NCBI GenBank assembly: GCA_023213395.1
Contig: CM041465.1
Span: forward strand, 185,325,741 to 185,389,740
DNA: 64,000 nt
Source: Cycas panzhihuaensis
Lineage: Eukaryota; Plantae; Cycadophyta
Direction of reading: 5' to 3'
The translations under genes were made by a program, and so were the position numbers. The notes under the pieces are model-generated. The model made no database searches, was not told where the DNA came from, and worked only from the letters and a program-made list of their open reading frames with translations. This document shows, one piece after another, positions 1 through 12,085 of this stretch (position 1 is the stretch's first letter; every line of letters starts with the position of its first letter).

Positions 1-278
1 AATATTGAAGGGAGCACACCTTATAATATTGAGAAATATCAAAATATTTGATATTTTTTTATGAATATGATAGCTATGGTGTAGTTTGGAGCTGATGACA
101 AAGAGCAGAAAAATATATTGTGAACATCTTTAAGATTTACTAAATTAATAGTTTGTTGATTGATGTAAACAACCATAGGTAATGCTAGCTTGGATGGCAT
201 GAATATTGATGTAATTTTCATTTACATGAATAAACTTAATTGTACAGAGTAGATGTAGCCAAAGGAGGTCACAAATAG

Positions 279-922
279 TGTTGGATATTGTGACAATAAT
301 CATTTAAGGCTAATTTTTTGGCATGTTTTCAGCGCAGTTTCTCCCCCTAATCTTTCTTAAGGGGCTCTAAGGGGGACAGGAGGCCCCCTTAGAAGGAGGG
401 TGCAAGGGCATGGAACACCCCCCGCTAAGAGGGGGTTCGGGGGCAATAGCCCCCGATCCAAAAAATTAGCCCTATAAACTATATTAAAATGTAAAGAGAA
501 TCATGGTCGTTCGATACAAATACCCTAGATTCTACAGTTGAGATTCATGCCTTGGATGTCCCTCTCATGTAGCCTATTTTAGGGAATTTCTTATTATGTT
601 GAATGTAATGTAATGTATTGTGATGAGGGTAGTGACTGGTTGTTATTCCTAAGAGCACTCTACTACTGAGATGCATTGTTTCTCCATTCTAAAGCAATAA
701 AGATCGATACCTTTCCTATGTGGATGTTTTCCTAGCACACTGTTAGGGCTTTACCATGTTATATCAGGTGCATACGTGATGTTTAGCTTGTATATTAATG
801 TTATTGTATTATCTCTATGTTTAGAATGTGCATGTTAAATCTTAGTTTTGATTCCTATAACTAGTTACAAAATAATTCAGATCTTGTGGCAGTTTAAAGT
901 TTGGGACCTTGTATTCTCAACA
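279..922 (+). repeat. 5' LTR of Copia-A
   Basis: tgttggatattg...tattctcaaca, direct repeat of 4938-5581, followed by PBS. Confidence 0.97.
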
Positions 923-993
923 AGTGGTATTAGAGCCACTTTTGTTTTGCAGCGAGTCTGTGAAAGTTTTGGTATCAGCTTTTCTACACCAAA

Positions 994-3900
994 ATGGTGA
1001 AACTAGTAGGTGCAAAGTTCGAGGTGGAGAAATTCAATGGCAAGAATAACTTCGAGTTGTAGAAGCTAAAAGCGCATGATATTCTTATATAGTAGGGTTT
1101 GTACAAATCCCTTATAGGTAAATTGAAGAAACCCGTAGGTATAGACGATGGTAATTGGGATGACTTAGACAAAAAAACACTTAGCACAATATGATTATGA
1201 TTGGCAGATGAAGTCTTGTTTAACATCGCAGGGGAAGAGCGATGGCAGGATTATGGACCCGGTTGGAAGGCCTGTATATGACCAAATCAATAACGAATTG
1301 AATCTACCTAAAGAGGAAAATGTACTTGCTACAGATGAAGGAAGGTACAAAATTTGCTAACCATTTAAATGTTTTCAATACTCTTATTTATCAGTTGATT
1401 AGTATCGATATTAAAATTAAGGATGAGGATAAGGCTGTTACCTTGTTATGCTCATTACTTGAATCCTGGGATAATATTGTCATCTCAATTAGTTTTAACA
1501 CTACAAATGTATTGGATTATGATTCTATTGTGAGTGCTTTGCTAATAGAAGAAGTGCGGAGGAAATCTAGTTTTGAAACCTCCACACTAGAAGCCATGAC
1601 AGTAAGGGGTAGAACATTTGAGAGAGGATAAAACTCCAGGGATACATCAAGGTCCAAGTCAAAGAGCAAAAAGAGTAAGCTCAGGTGTTGGCATTGTAAT
1701 AAGACTGGTCACCTCAAAAAGGATTATTACAAAAGGAAGGAGTTATAGGAAAAGGAAGATTCTTCCAAGGAGGCGAATCAGGTGGAGTCAAATCAAGGTA
1801 TGGATGATGATGTGTTGGTCGCTTGTAATGTTTCTCATTATCACCATGATTGGTTATTAGATTCAGGTGCTTTGCACCATATATGTCCACACAAGAGTTA
1901 GTTCTCATCATACCAACCTCTTGATGGTGGTAATATGCTTATGGGAAATGAAGTTTCTTGTAAGGCAGTGGGCATTGGTAGCATCAGAATTAAGATGTTT
2001 GATCGGGTAGTTAAAACATTAACTAAGGTTAAACATATACCTGATCTAAAAAAGAATCTGATTTTCTTGGGTGAACTAGATTCAGGTGGTTTTAATCATA
2101 CAGACCATGAAGGAGTCCTAAAGGTGTCAAAATGCGCCTTGGTTGTTATGAAAGCCTTAAAGAAAGGAAATCTTTACATTTTAGTGGGAAGTATAGATAT
2201 CGATAGCAAATATAATATCAAAGAGGCATAGAAGATCCAGCTCAGTTATGGCATCAGAGACTTGGGCACATGAGTGAGAGAGGACTTAAGGTGCTGATAA
2301 ACCGTAAGTTGCTTCCTAACTTGTAGCTTTTAGATTTGGATTTCTGTAAATATTATATTTTTGGAAAGCAGTGTAGACTCAAGTTTAAAGTAGGGAGTCA
2401 CACTAGTAAAGGCGTTCTAGATTACATACATTCAGATGTATAGGGACTAGGCCCTAAAATATCTTGTGGAGGATCATTGTATTATGTCACATTTATAGAT
2501 GATTAATCTAGGAAGGTATGGGTCTATTTTTTAAAAAGGAAATCTGAAGTTTTTAGTGTGTTTAAGCAATTCAAGGCTCTAGTTGAGACCAGTACTGGTA
2601 AGACAATCAAATGTTTAAGAACTGATAATGGAGGTGAGTTGAACTCGTTGGAGTTTGAGAACTATTACAGAGAAGCTGAGATCGAAAGACACAAGACCAC
2701 TAGCTATACTCCACAACAAAATGGCATTGCTGAGCGCATGAATAGGATACTCTTAGAAAGAGCAAGAAGCATGCTAAGTAATGTAGGAGTGGAGCAGGGC
2801 TTGTAGGCAGAAGCTGTTCAAATAGCTTATTATCTTGTAAATAGGTCACCATCACTTGAAATAGATTGCAATATTCTTGAAGAGGTATGGACTGGACATC
2901 CATGTGATTATTCAAATTTAAAAGTTTTTAGTCATAATGCTTATGCCTAGACTGACAAAAGTAAACGTTCAAAGTTAGACCCAAAATCTAAGAGGTATAT
3001 CTTTGTTGGTTATGGTGATAAGGATGGTGTGAAGGGATATGGGTTGTGGGATCCTACTGCCCACAAAATCACCATTAAAAGAGATGTTGTATTTGATGAA
3101 TCTCCCCTTTTAAAATTAGATAGTGGAGAAGTTGAAAGGAAATAGGAGCAGAAAGATGAATATTAACAGGTCAAGTTTGAAACCCAACCATCTCTGGAAT
3201 CAGAAGAGCAGGAAGATCTTTCTGAAGATGAATCTGCAACAGATTTACAGGAGTATTTAGACACTCCTCTACCAATAGTTAGAAGATCTACATGAGTCAG
3301 TCATCCACCTAATAGGTACAACCCATCTACTTCTATTGCTTTGGTTTCTAATGATGGTGAGCCTACATGTTTTCAAGAAGCAGTAGATGATATCCATAGT
3401 GAGAAGTGGAAGAAGGCTATGCAGGAAGAGATAGATACATTGAAGAAAAATAATTCATGGGACTTGATAGAACTTCCACATGGCAGGAAGATTGTTGGTT
3501 GCAGGTGGATTTTTAAGATAAAAACAGATGTTGATGGAAAGGTTGACAAATATAGGGCAAGATTGGTGGCTAAAGGTTATGTACAGAAAGTAGGTATTGA
3601 CTTTCATGAGATCTATTCCCCAATTATCAAACTTATTTTAATTCAAGTACTATTAGCATTAATAGCTTCTCTTGATTTAGAGCTAGAGCAATTAGACGTA
3701 AAAATAACTTTTCTACATGGAGATTTAGATGAGGAGATCTATATGGATCAACCAGAAGGGTTTGTACAGGATGGCCTAAAGCAATCACTTAGGTAATGGT
3801 ACAAGAAGTTTAATGCCTTTATGGAGAGGCAAAATTTTAAAAGAAGTGAGTATGATCATTGTGTTTACTTTAAATTTATGGATAATGGCTTATTCATTAT

Positions 3901-4889
3901 CTTGGTACTATATGTTGATGACATGCTGGTTATAAGCAAGACCATGGAAGAAATCAATAAGCTAAAGGCTCAACTGGCTAGGACTTTTGATATGAAGGAT
4001 CTAGGAGCTACAAAATAAATCTTAGGCATGGAGATACACAGAGACAGGAAAAATAGTAAGCTATGGTTATCACATCAGAAATATGTAGAGAAGGTGCTAA
4101 CCAAGTTTGGTATAGAAAATGTGAAACTAGTGAGTATCCCATTGGCTTCCCACTTCAAGCTTTCTTCGAATATGAGTCCTAGTAGTGAAGAAGAAAAGGT
4201 TTATATGTCTCGTGTGCCTTATGCCAGTGCCTTATGCCAGTGTAGTAGGAAGTTTGATGTATGCCATGGTGTGTATAAGACTTAATATTTCACATGCAGT
4301 CGGTGTAGTTAGTAGGTTTATGGCAAATCTAGGTAATGAATATTGGGCTGCAGTGAAAAAGGTGCTTCAGTATTTGAGAGGCACAAGTCATTATTACATC
4401 ACCTTTGGAGGTACAGGTAATCAGGTTTGTGGATATGTTGATTCAGACTTTATAGGAGATTTAGACAAAAGAAGGTCTACTTCAGGTTATGTTTTCACTC
4501 TTGCAAATGGTCCAGTTAGTTGGATGTCCAAATTGCAGAGCACAATTGCACTGTCAACCACGAAAGTTGAATATGTTGCTGCAGGACATGCTTGTAAAGA
4601 AGCAATCTAGTTACAGGGTCTATTGGTTGAGCTTGGAAGGAGACAGGAAAATGTAAAGGTATTTTATGACAGTTAAAGTGCCATTTACTTAGCCAAGAAT
4701 CTAGCTTATCACAGTAGAACAAAGCATATTACTCTTAAGTACCATTTTGTTAGACAGGTTGTGGAAGCAAGTGGAATGGCACTTGAGAAGATTCATACCA
4801 ATAAAATTTATGCTGATATATTCACAAAACCAGTACCAGTAGAGAAGTTCAAATGGTGTTTGACTTCTCTTGGCTTGCAGAAAAGATGA
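994..4889 (+). pseudogene. Copia-A gag-pol polyprotein, disrupted
   Basis: gag EKFNGKNNF; zinc knuckle CWHCNKTGH (~1686); protease WLLDSGALHH (~1850); WHQRLGHMSE; integrase LRTDNGGE / PQQNGIAERMNR; RT RARLVAKGY, LYVDDML; RNase H YVDSDF...RRSTSGY. Many stops and frameshifts. Confidence 0.95.
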
Positions 4890-4937
4890 TGAAGGGTCTA
4901 GGAAAGGTACCGGGTAAATTGTTGTCAAGGTGGACAT

Positions 4938-5581
4938 TGTTGGATATTGTAGCAACAATCGTTTAAGGCTAATTTTTTGGAATGTTTTCGGTGTGCTTTC
5001 CCCCCCTAATATTTCTCAAGGGGTTCCAAGGGGGGCAGGAGCCCTTCATGGCCAGGGGGTGTGGGGCCGTGGAACGCCCCCCGCTAAGAAGGGGTTCGGG
5101 GGCGATAGCCCCCAACCCAAAAATTTAGCCCTGTAAACCATATTAAAATGTAAAGAGAATCAGGATCATTCGATACAAATACCTTAGATTCTACGGTTGA
5201 GATTCATGTCTTAGATGTCCCTCTCATGTAGCTCGTTTTAGGGGTTTTCTTATTATGTTGAATGTAATGTAATGTATTGTGATGAGGGTGATGGCTGGTT
5301 ATTATTCTTGAGAGAACTCTACTACTGAGATGTATTGTTTCTCCATTCTAAAGCAATAAAGATCGATACCTTTCTTGTGTGGATATTTCCCTAGCACACT
5401 GCTAGGGTTTCACCATGTTATATCAGGTGCATATGTGATGTTTTGTTTGTATATTAATGTTATTATATTATCTCTGTTTTTAGAACTTGCATGTTAAATC
5501 TTAGTTTTGATTCCTGTAACTAGTTCCAAAATAGTTTAGATCTTGTGGCAGTTTAAAGTTTGGGACCTTGTATTCACAACA
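4938..5581 (+). repeat. 3' LTR of Copia-A
   Basis: Direct repeat of 279-922, followed by TSD AATAG. Confidence 0.97.
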
Positions 5582-6461
5582 AATAGGATATATAGATGGC
5601 AAATTATAAAGTACATATAGTGAAGGTTTTAATATTTTAGGATTTTAGTGATAAATATAGTAAATAAAGGCTTTTCACAGGTAAATTTTACCTTTTGCAA
5701 GAGGAGAGAGGCAAACAAGGTAATAGTAGAGAGATATATTCTCAAACTAGTCATGAGTATAAAAGAGGGCTATGGTAGGCTACAGATGGTAGAAAATAAA
5801 GGTTTATAGCTTTCTAAAACTTTGTAGGATGAGCAGTACCTTTCAAAGTAGCTTTTCAAAGCAGATCCTAATGCATATAAGATAATGGACTTATGCATAA
5901 AATATTAAATGAAAACTATAGTACTAAGTACTAATGATATGAAAAATTAATAGAGTACACATGTACTAAATGACTTGAATGGTGATTAATCTTCTCATAA
6001 ATCTTTCATCTCTTGAGTATGCCTCCTCTTTAGAGCTTCTCCAAGTCTTGGCACTTCAAATGAACATTCTTGTAATAGGGTAATGCTCCAACATTGTTTT
6101 AATGATTACTCTGATACCAAATGAAGGATTTATGGGAGTCAGAGAGAGAGATAACTATAACAAAGGATAAAATAAATATGTGGCATAATGGTAATGTTGA
6201 TGAAGACTAGGGCCTTTAGATCCCTTGAATTTATAGATGAGAGTTAAGCAGGAACCTAATGTCTACCACTAACTAGTGTTTAGAAACATCATTATAATAT
6301 CCACTTAGAATGTAGATGATGTTAGCTAAGTCATCTACACCAAACTCTATACCATCATAGCTGACATGTGCTAATATGAGCCCTAATAAGCATTATTTAA
6401 TAGAGCAACTAATGCTTTATTTGATTGATTATCAAAGAATAAAATCTAATTGACATCCACA

Positions 6462-8894
6462 TCCTAGTTCTCTTTTGAGAATATGACATCTTGAGATGTA
6501 TCTATTTGGTTGGTAGTAGGATTATATAATTTATATGCTTTATAACCAGGTTGATAACTAATAAAGATACATTTTCTACTCTTATCATCTAACTTTTTCC
6601 TCTGTTATTTTTCTATAAGTATATATATTATACAACCAAAAGTATGCAAGTATGAGACCGTAGGTTTTTGACCTGACTAGGCTTCCTTGGGAGTGATGTT
6701 TAACACAACTTTAGTAGGACTTCTATTTATGAAATATGCTATTGTATGAAGGGCTTTAGCCTAGAATTGAAGTCCTAAACTCTTGGTGACAAGCATGGTT
6801 TTACCTTTTCTAACCAAGGTCTAATTTATATGCTCAACAACTCTATTTCACTAAGGGTATATAGGGTAGAAAACTATTATTTGATGCGTTTATTCTTACA
6901 GAATTAGATGAACTCATTGGATGTGTATTCACCTATATTATCACAATGAAGTATTTTTAGTGACCTTCTAAATTCAAAATTCGCACCATGCTTAAACTCT
7001 TTGAATTTGTTAAAAGCTTCTAATTTTTACTTCATAAAATATACCCTAACATTTTTAGAGTAGTTGTTAATGTATATAATAAAGAAATAAGAACCTCTAA
7101 AGGATGCTTGAGACATGGGCCCACAAATATCTTGGTATGCTAGGCTCTCCCATTTGACTTAAAAGGAGCCTAATGATATTTTCCTATAACATGGGCCTCA
7201 TAAATGCACTTAGCCTCCTTTATGTTTGGTATGCCAAACACTATATTTAATTTATAAAGTAGGTGAAGACTTCCCATATTCAAGTAACCTAGGCGTTGAT
7301 GCCATAACTAGTCTTTTGGAATCTTATGAGAAACATATGTCTAAGAAGTAAATTGATCATCTAAATTTGATGTTGAAGTAGAAGGATCAAAAGTTGAGGT
7401 TGAATTGCTACAAGAACTAAATTCAGGTGTGTAGACCAATGGTCTAGTCAAATCATCAAGTTGGTAGAGTTTTTGATCTTCGTATCTTGAGGCAATTAAG
7501 TTTCCATTTAGATTTATAATCAGGCATTTTCCAAGATGGCTAAACAAAGCATTAAAGTTTTGTTTATTTATCTGGTTAACTGAAAGTAAGTTATGTGTCA
7601 TGCTAGGTACATAGAAAATATTTTGAAATGATGAAAAGTGTTAGAATTCTTTAGTGAGATAGGAACATTGCCAATCTTGACAACCTCTAAAGTGCCATCT
7701 CCAAAAGTAACAGATTGACCCTTAATTAGTCTTATATCAGTTAGGAGTTCTTATTAACTCATCATGCATTTAGAGGTACCTAAATTGATTAACCAGGAGA
7801 TGTGAGAATGATGAAATGATAAAGTAACAAAGAAAATATTTTAAGACTAAACCATATAGCCTCCCTACTTTTGTCTCTAGTTTGCAATTTCTATTTCATT
7901 AGTTCCTTTGAGGAGCATTTTGATTTTATCTCCTTAGTACATGGTAGTTTGGTTGATTCTATCTCTCAGGTCCCTAATAATTTCCACGTTTATGAGTTTG
8001 ATTACCCCACATAGTAGGGTGATTTTGAAACTATTATTATTAAAGGTTAGCTCTCTTTTTCCTATAATCTCATGATATGTGTCTACGTTTGCCATAATTG
8101 TGACAAATAACCTAAGGATTATAAGATAGTAGAGGTTGATGTGGCTAATATAACTGCTAATTAGGCTACTAATTCAAATGCATTGGACCAAATTGATGTG
8201 CCAACTATGGACATTAAGGTCTTTCTCTATGTCAAATTATAAATGCTGGTATGGAAGACAATATGCTTGGATTCCTTAAATGATTCAAAATACATTCTTC
8301 CTAGAGTAGTAGACCCTTAAATGTATTACAATCAATGGTATTAAGTTGATCCATATATAGTAGATTAGATATGAGGGTGTTATAACTAGGTGGAAAAATA
8401 TTCAAATTGTAGGATATGAGGTCATTGTCCTCTAGTGGTTGGCCCATAACTATCAATTGGTTCTTAATAACTTTAATCTAGGACAAGTGAGCTGCTAAAC
8501 GTCTTATAAATAGAATGGAGAAAAGTTGAGCTTTGAGCATCACTACCCTGACATTATTCTTCCTCTCATAGAGTTCACAAATAATGTTCCAAGCATTTGC
8601 AGAGATAAGGGCAAGTTCTATATTTTGGTCAATATTATCCTCACATGACAAGTGAAGAAAAGAAAGGGCAACTTTATCAAACTTGACAAAGGCAACTACA
8701 ACATCATGATCAGGTAGAATAAGGTTATTAAGATCATTAGGATCTTGAGTAAGAACTGGCTTAGGAATTTTTCTAGAAGCATAAGGTCAAAGTTTATTTA
8801 TAATCAGAATATTCTTCGCTTATTTCTTCCAAGCTAAGAAGTTATCACTGCCAAATAATTTGATAACATTAGTTACAATCATCTAAAGTACCAT
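6462..8894 (-). pseudogene. Copia-B gag / protease / integrase remnant
   Basis: Minus translation: ATG 8894, KLFGSDNFLAWK (gag), WLINLGTSKCM (protease), YVPSMTHNLLSV, LWHQRLGYLNM (GAG-pre-integrase), DICGPMSQASFRGSYFF (integrase), GYKAYKLYNP...SQDVIF. Confidence 0.88.
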
Positions 8895-11005
8895 GGTATT
8901 TGATATGCATCTTATTTATCTAAAAAAGGTGATCTAATTTAGGATCTAAGTCTTAATGTCTCCACTCTTAAATAACCCTTAGTAGTTAATACGATCTTGT
9001 CTAATGGTATACTTACTCATAAGGGGTAGCTCAAGGACTCAATATACTCAAAGGTATGTAGATGCTATAGAAGGCTTGGTCATCCCCCATCCCTCCCCCC
9101 CAACATCATTGATCCACTTATGCTAGATTTATAACCTAAATGATAGATCCTTGTCTAAGGGCATACTTACAACCAAGGCTCTCACCTCCTTTGGGTCTAG
9201 CTTGATCTCCATTAGGTATAAACACCTTAGCATGCCACTAATTACACTTGATAACTAATGGGTCTCTCTAATATTCATAGAATTTAAAAAGGTTAAGAGT
9301 CTGTATAAAGTGGTAACTTCAAGGGTCCTAACCATTCCCCTTGTAAGGTTGGTAATTAGGTGGTTCTTTCAGTTTTTATCTTTTTTATGTTTTTGATTAA
9401 TTTTGAAAAGATTTTATAATTAATAGATTCATTTTAATATTTTAAGTAGAAAAATGAAAAAAAAAACCCCTTAAAATTTAAAAAAAATTGGCTAAACTAG
9501 ATTAAAAAATATGCTTTAAAAAACCTAAAAAATGATTAAAAATTAACTTTAGGTTAGGATCCTATATTAAAAAATATAATATTTTATGAATATACTATTT
9601 TGTATAACTTAATTTTTTAAAACTTTATAAAAATTAAATTGGGTAGTAGGAATTTTAAAAAATAATGGAACCAAGTGGATATAGGAGGCAAAATCTCTTT
9701 GTAGAAGCAATAAAATCCCAATCTATCTTCTTCACTATGAAGATAACTCTGCCAGGGTTAGTTTAAGTAGTCATATGACATACTTTTGTCCATCCAACTA
9801 TGTGTAGGAGACTGATAAATCCAACATAAGTATCTCAATCCTTTGTTTACTATAAACTTGATTAAATTGGAGTAATAAAATATTATTTAGTCCTCTATAA
9901 TCACCATTGAATGTCTCCAGATCACTCTAGATCAGTATCAATCTCTTTAGAATTTAAGAAAATGCCACAAAGGGCCATCGACTAAAAAGTATTAATCTCA
10001 AAGGGCCATGTAGAGAGTCAGAAGGTTGAAACACCAATGTTAAGGCATGATAATACTGAAATAATAGTCATGCGGGGCTATTTAAGCAGCATAGAAATCA
10101 CATCGAGCTCAAAAAAGGCCATGCAAGCTACAAATGGTGAATGTAGGGTAGCCAAGAGCTAACAGAGGGCTACACATGCCAATAGTAATGTAGGACAAAG
10201 ATCAAAGCTATGTAGAGGCCACAACAATTTCACAGAGGGCCCACATAGTCCTAATAGCTCTAAATGGTAGACATGAAGATCAACACACTAAAAATAAAGA
10301 CGTAGAGTATAGAAAAATATCACATAAGTTAGGCTAGGCCATGAAGATGGTAGAGATGAAAAACTCATTAAGTGACAGCACAAAAATATAAAATAAGGGG
10401 AGACATAGATCAATGAGAGCCAAAAATATGCCAACACAAGGACGTAAAGAGGGTCATTGATAGCCACAAAGTTAGTTTCTCTTAAGGAAAGGCTTAAAGA
10501 AAGGTTATCCAACTAAAATGAAGCCATTTAAAATATTTCATATAAAATGTTTTTTCTTTATATGAAAGTTAAATCTTTAAAAGAGAGCAATCAATAGATT
10601 TATAAAACATTTAGGCTTTGAAGCATTAATACAACTAATAGAAGGTTTTTTTAAGATGTAAAACATTCAAATAGAGACATATTTTTCATAGCAGACAACT
10701 ATTCAGTCAACAACTTTTATTTGATTAACCAATCAAAGAGAACAATAGAAGTATATTAACATTGTCTAATTCAACTGAATACAACCATTGATCAAAGCTA
10801 CACTAGAGAGGTAAATTAAATAAGAAACTAGTTGGAAGACTTAGTAGAGCTTGCTCTGATGCTAAGTGAAAGGCGATAAAGGTATGCTTGGTTTGAACCC
10901 AAGTTTGAGACTCAAAGCATCCACCAAAACATTCACCAAAAACATTCACACAACAATAAACTCAAACCATGGAATTAGTCACAATGCTCCAATGTTGTAT
11001 TACAT
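6462..11005 (-). mobile_element. Degenerate Ty1/Copia element (Copia-B): partial 5' LTR, PBS, ~2-kb leader, gag-PR-INT
   Basis: Degenerate PBS gctctgatgcta 10853-10864 next to TG at 10867; coding motifs on the minus strand (see next feature). Confidence 0.85.
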
Positions 11006-12085
11006 TAACCTCTAGAGCCCACAAACTCGTTTATGGGGTTAGTTTTACTTATTTGATATATAAATTTAAATTACATACTAACTACATTTAGTATGTGCTA
11101 TTTGTCATCTTAACCTCTTTTAAGATTATGGTCCTTTCCTATACTAAAGGGGGGGCTATAATTTCTCTTCCTAGATTTTATCACCATATGAGAGATGTAA
11201 TCTTGTGCCTTTAGGTGCATCAAGTCCTCTATATTTGTGTTTCGAATGAGCTAGTGAAGGACATTTAGCCCTGCCACATGTTTATGTATGGGACATGGAT
11301 AATCAAGTGAACTTTATTTATCTTATTAAAAGTGGTATCCTCTTCTACTTCACCACTTAGGAGTTTGAGGTTTGATGGAATTAGATGAGTACTATCAGGC
11401 CATCTCATAATCCTATGGCATGGGTCATCGATATTACCAAGTCCTCACCAACCTATCCACATGTGCATCTATTTTATGGTCTTGATTCCTTTAAACCTCT
11501 TGCTTTAAGTAGTGATTTCCTCCATTCTAATAGATCAAGTATATTATCTTAGGGTTATGTAGGAGTATAGGTTAGGTTTTGTTAGTCTATTTAGGTGGGT
11601 TTAATTGATTAGGATAGATATATAGTCACGTAGAAGTTTGGGCACTTGTGCTTAATTAACCCTCCTCATATCATGAGGATTTTTGTGTGCCATTTGGTTA
11701 ATCTAAGGATGTCAGTTGTTAATTGAATTGATATTATCTCAAGATTTACAATTAGCTTTTTAGTTCACTTTCTTAGTTGATGCATTATTATCTCAATTAC
11801 TTACTTACACTACATACTTTAGTTATTAGTTAGCCTTTTTTTTTTTCTTTCACTATCTCTTTTACTTTTCTCTTTCTTTGGCATGTTGCATACACCTGCA
11901 CATCACCTTTTAGCTTTGCTTAGTAAATACATAATTTATTGTCCCTACATTCACATATAAGAGATGCATGAGAGTCCTATGGTAGGCAAATGCTCATACA
12001 CCTCCCTACTTAGATCACTCCTTATCCTTACAGTCTGTTCTAGGGCCATGTCTATATATCCTCTCCTCTTGCTAGTCTGTGTTCA
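11005..12085 (+). repeat. Surviving 3' part of the Gypsy 5' LTR
   Basis: Collinear similarity to 31085-31496 and 45983-46641 (e.g. cttctacttcaccactt, caagtgaactt, ataggatag/ttaggatagg); ends CA before the PBS. Confidence 0.8.

Larger units (their letters stand above)
279..5581 (+). mobile_element. Full-length Ty1/Copia LTR retrotransposon (Copia-A), coding region decayed
   Basis: 644-bp LTRs at 279-922 and 4938-5581 (TG...CA); TSD AATAG at 274-278 and 5582-5586; Met-type PBS tggtattagagcc 925-937; PPT-like aaggtggacat 4927-4937; domain order gag-PR-INT-RT-RH. Confidence 0.97.
1..6461 (-). mobile_element. Minus-strand LTR element (5' LTR ~6122-6461, PBS, non-coding interior running off the window), interrupted by Copia-A
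   Basis: actctgatacca 6108-6119 is the reverse complement of a Met PBS; TG at 6122; unrelated sequence ends ...catccaca at 6461, where Copia-B integrase resumes. The partner LTR is not in the window, so the outer LTR boundary is inferred. Confidence 0.6.

Noticed and set aside
279-922. Hammerhead ribozyme (retrozyme) in LTRs
   Set aside because: No CUGANGA...GAAA core with flanking stems found in these or the other LTRs by eye
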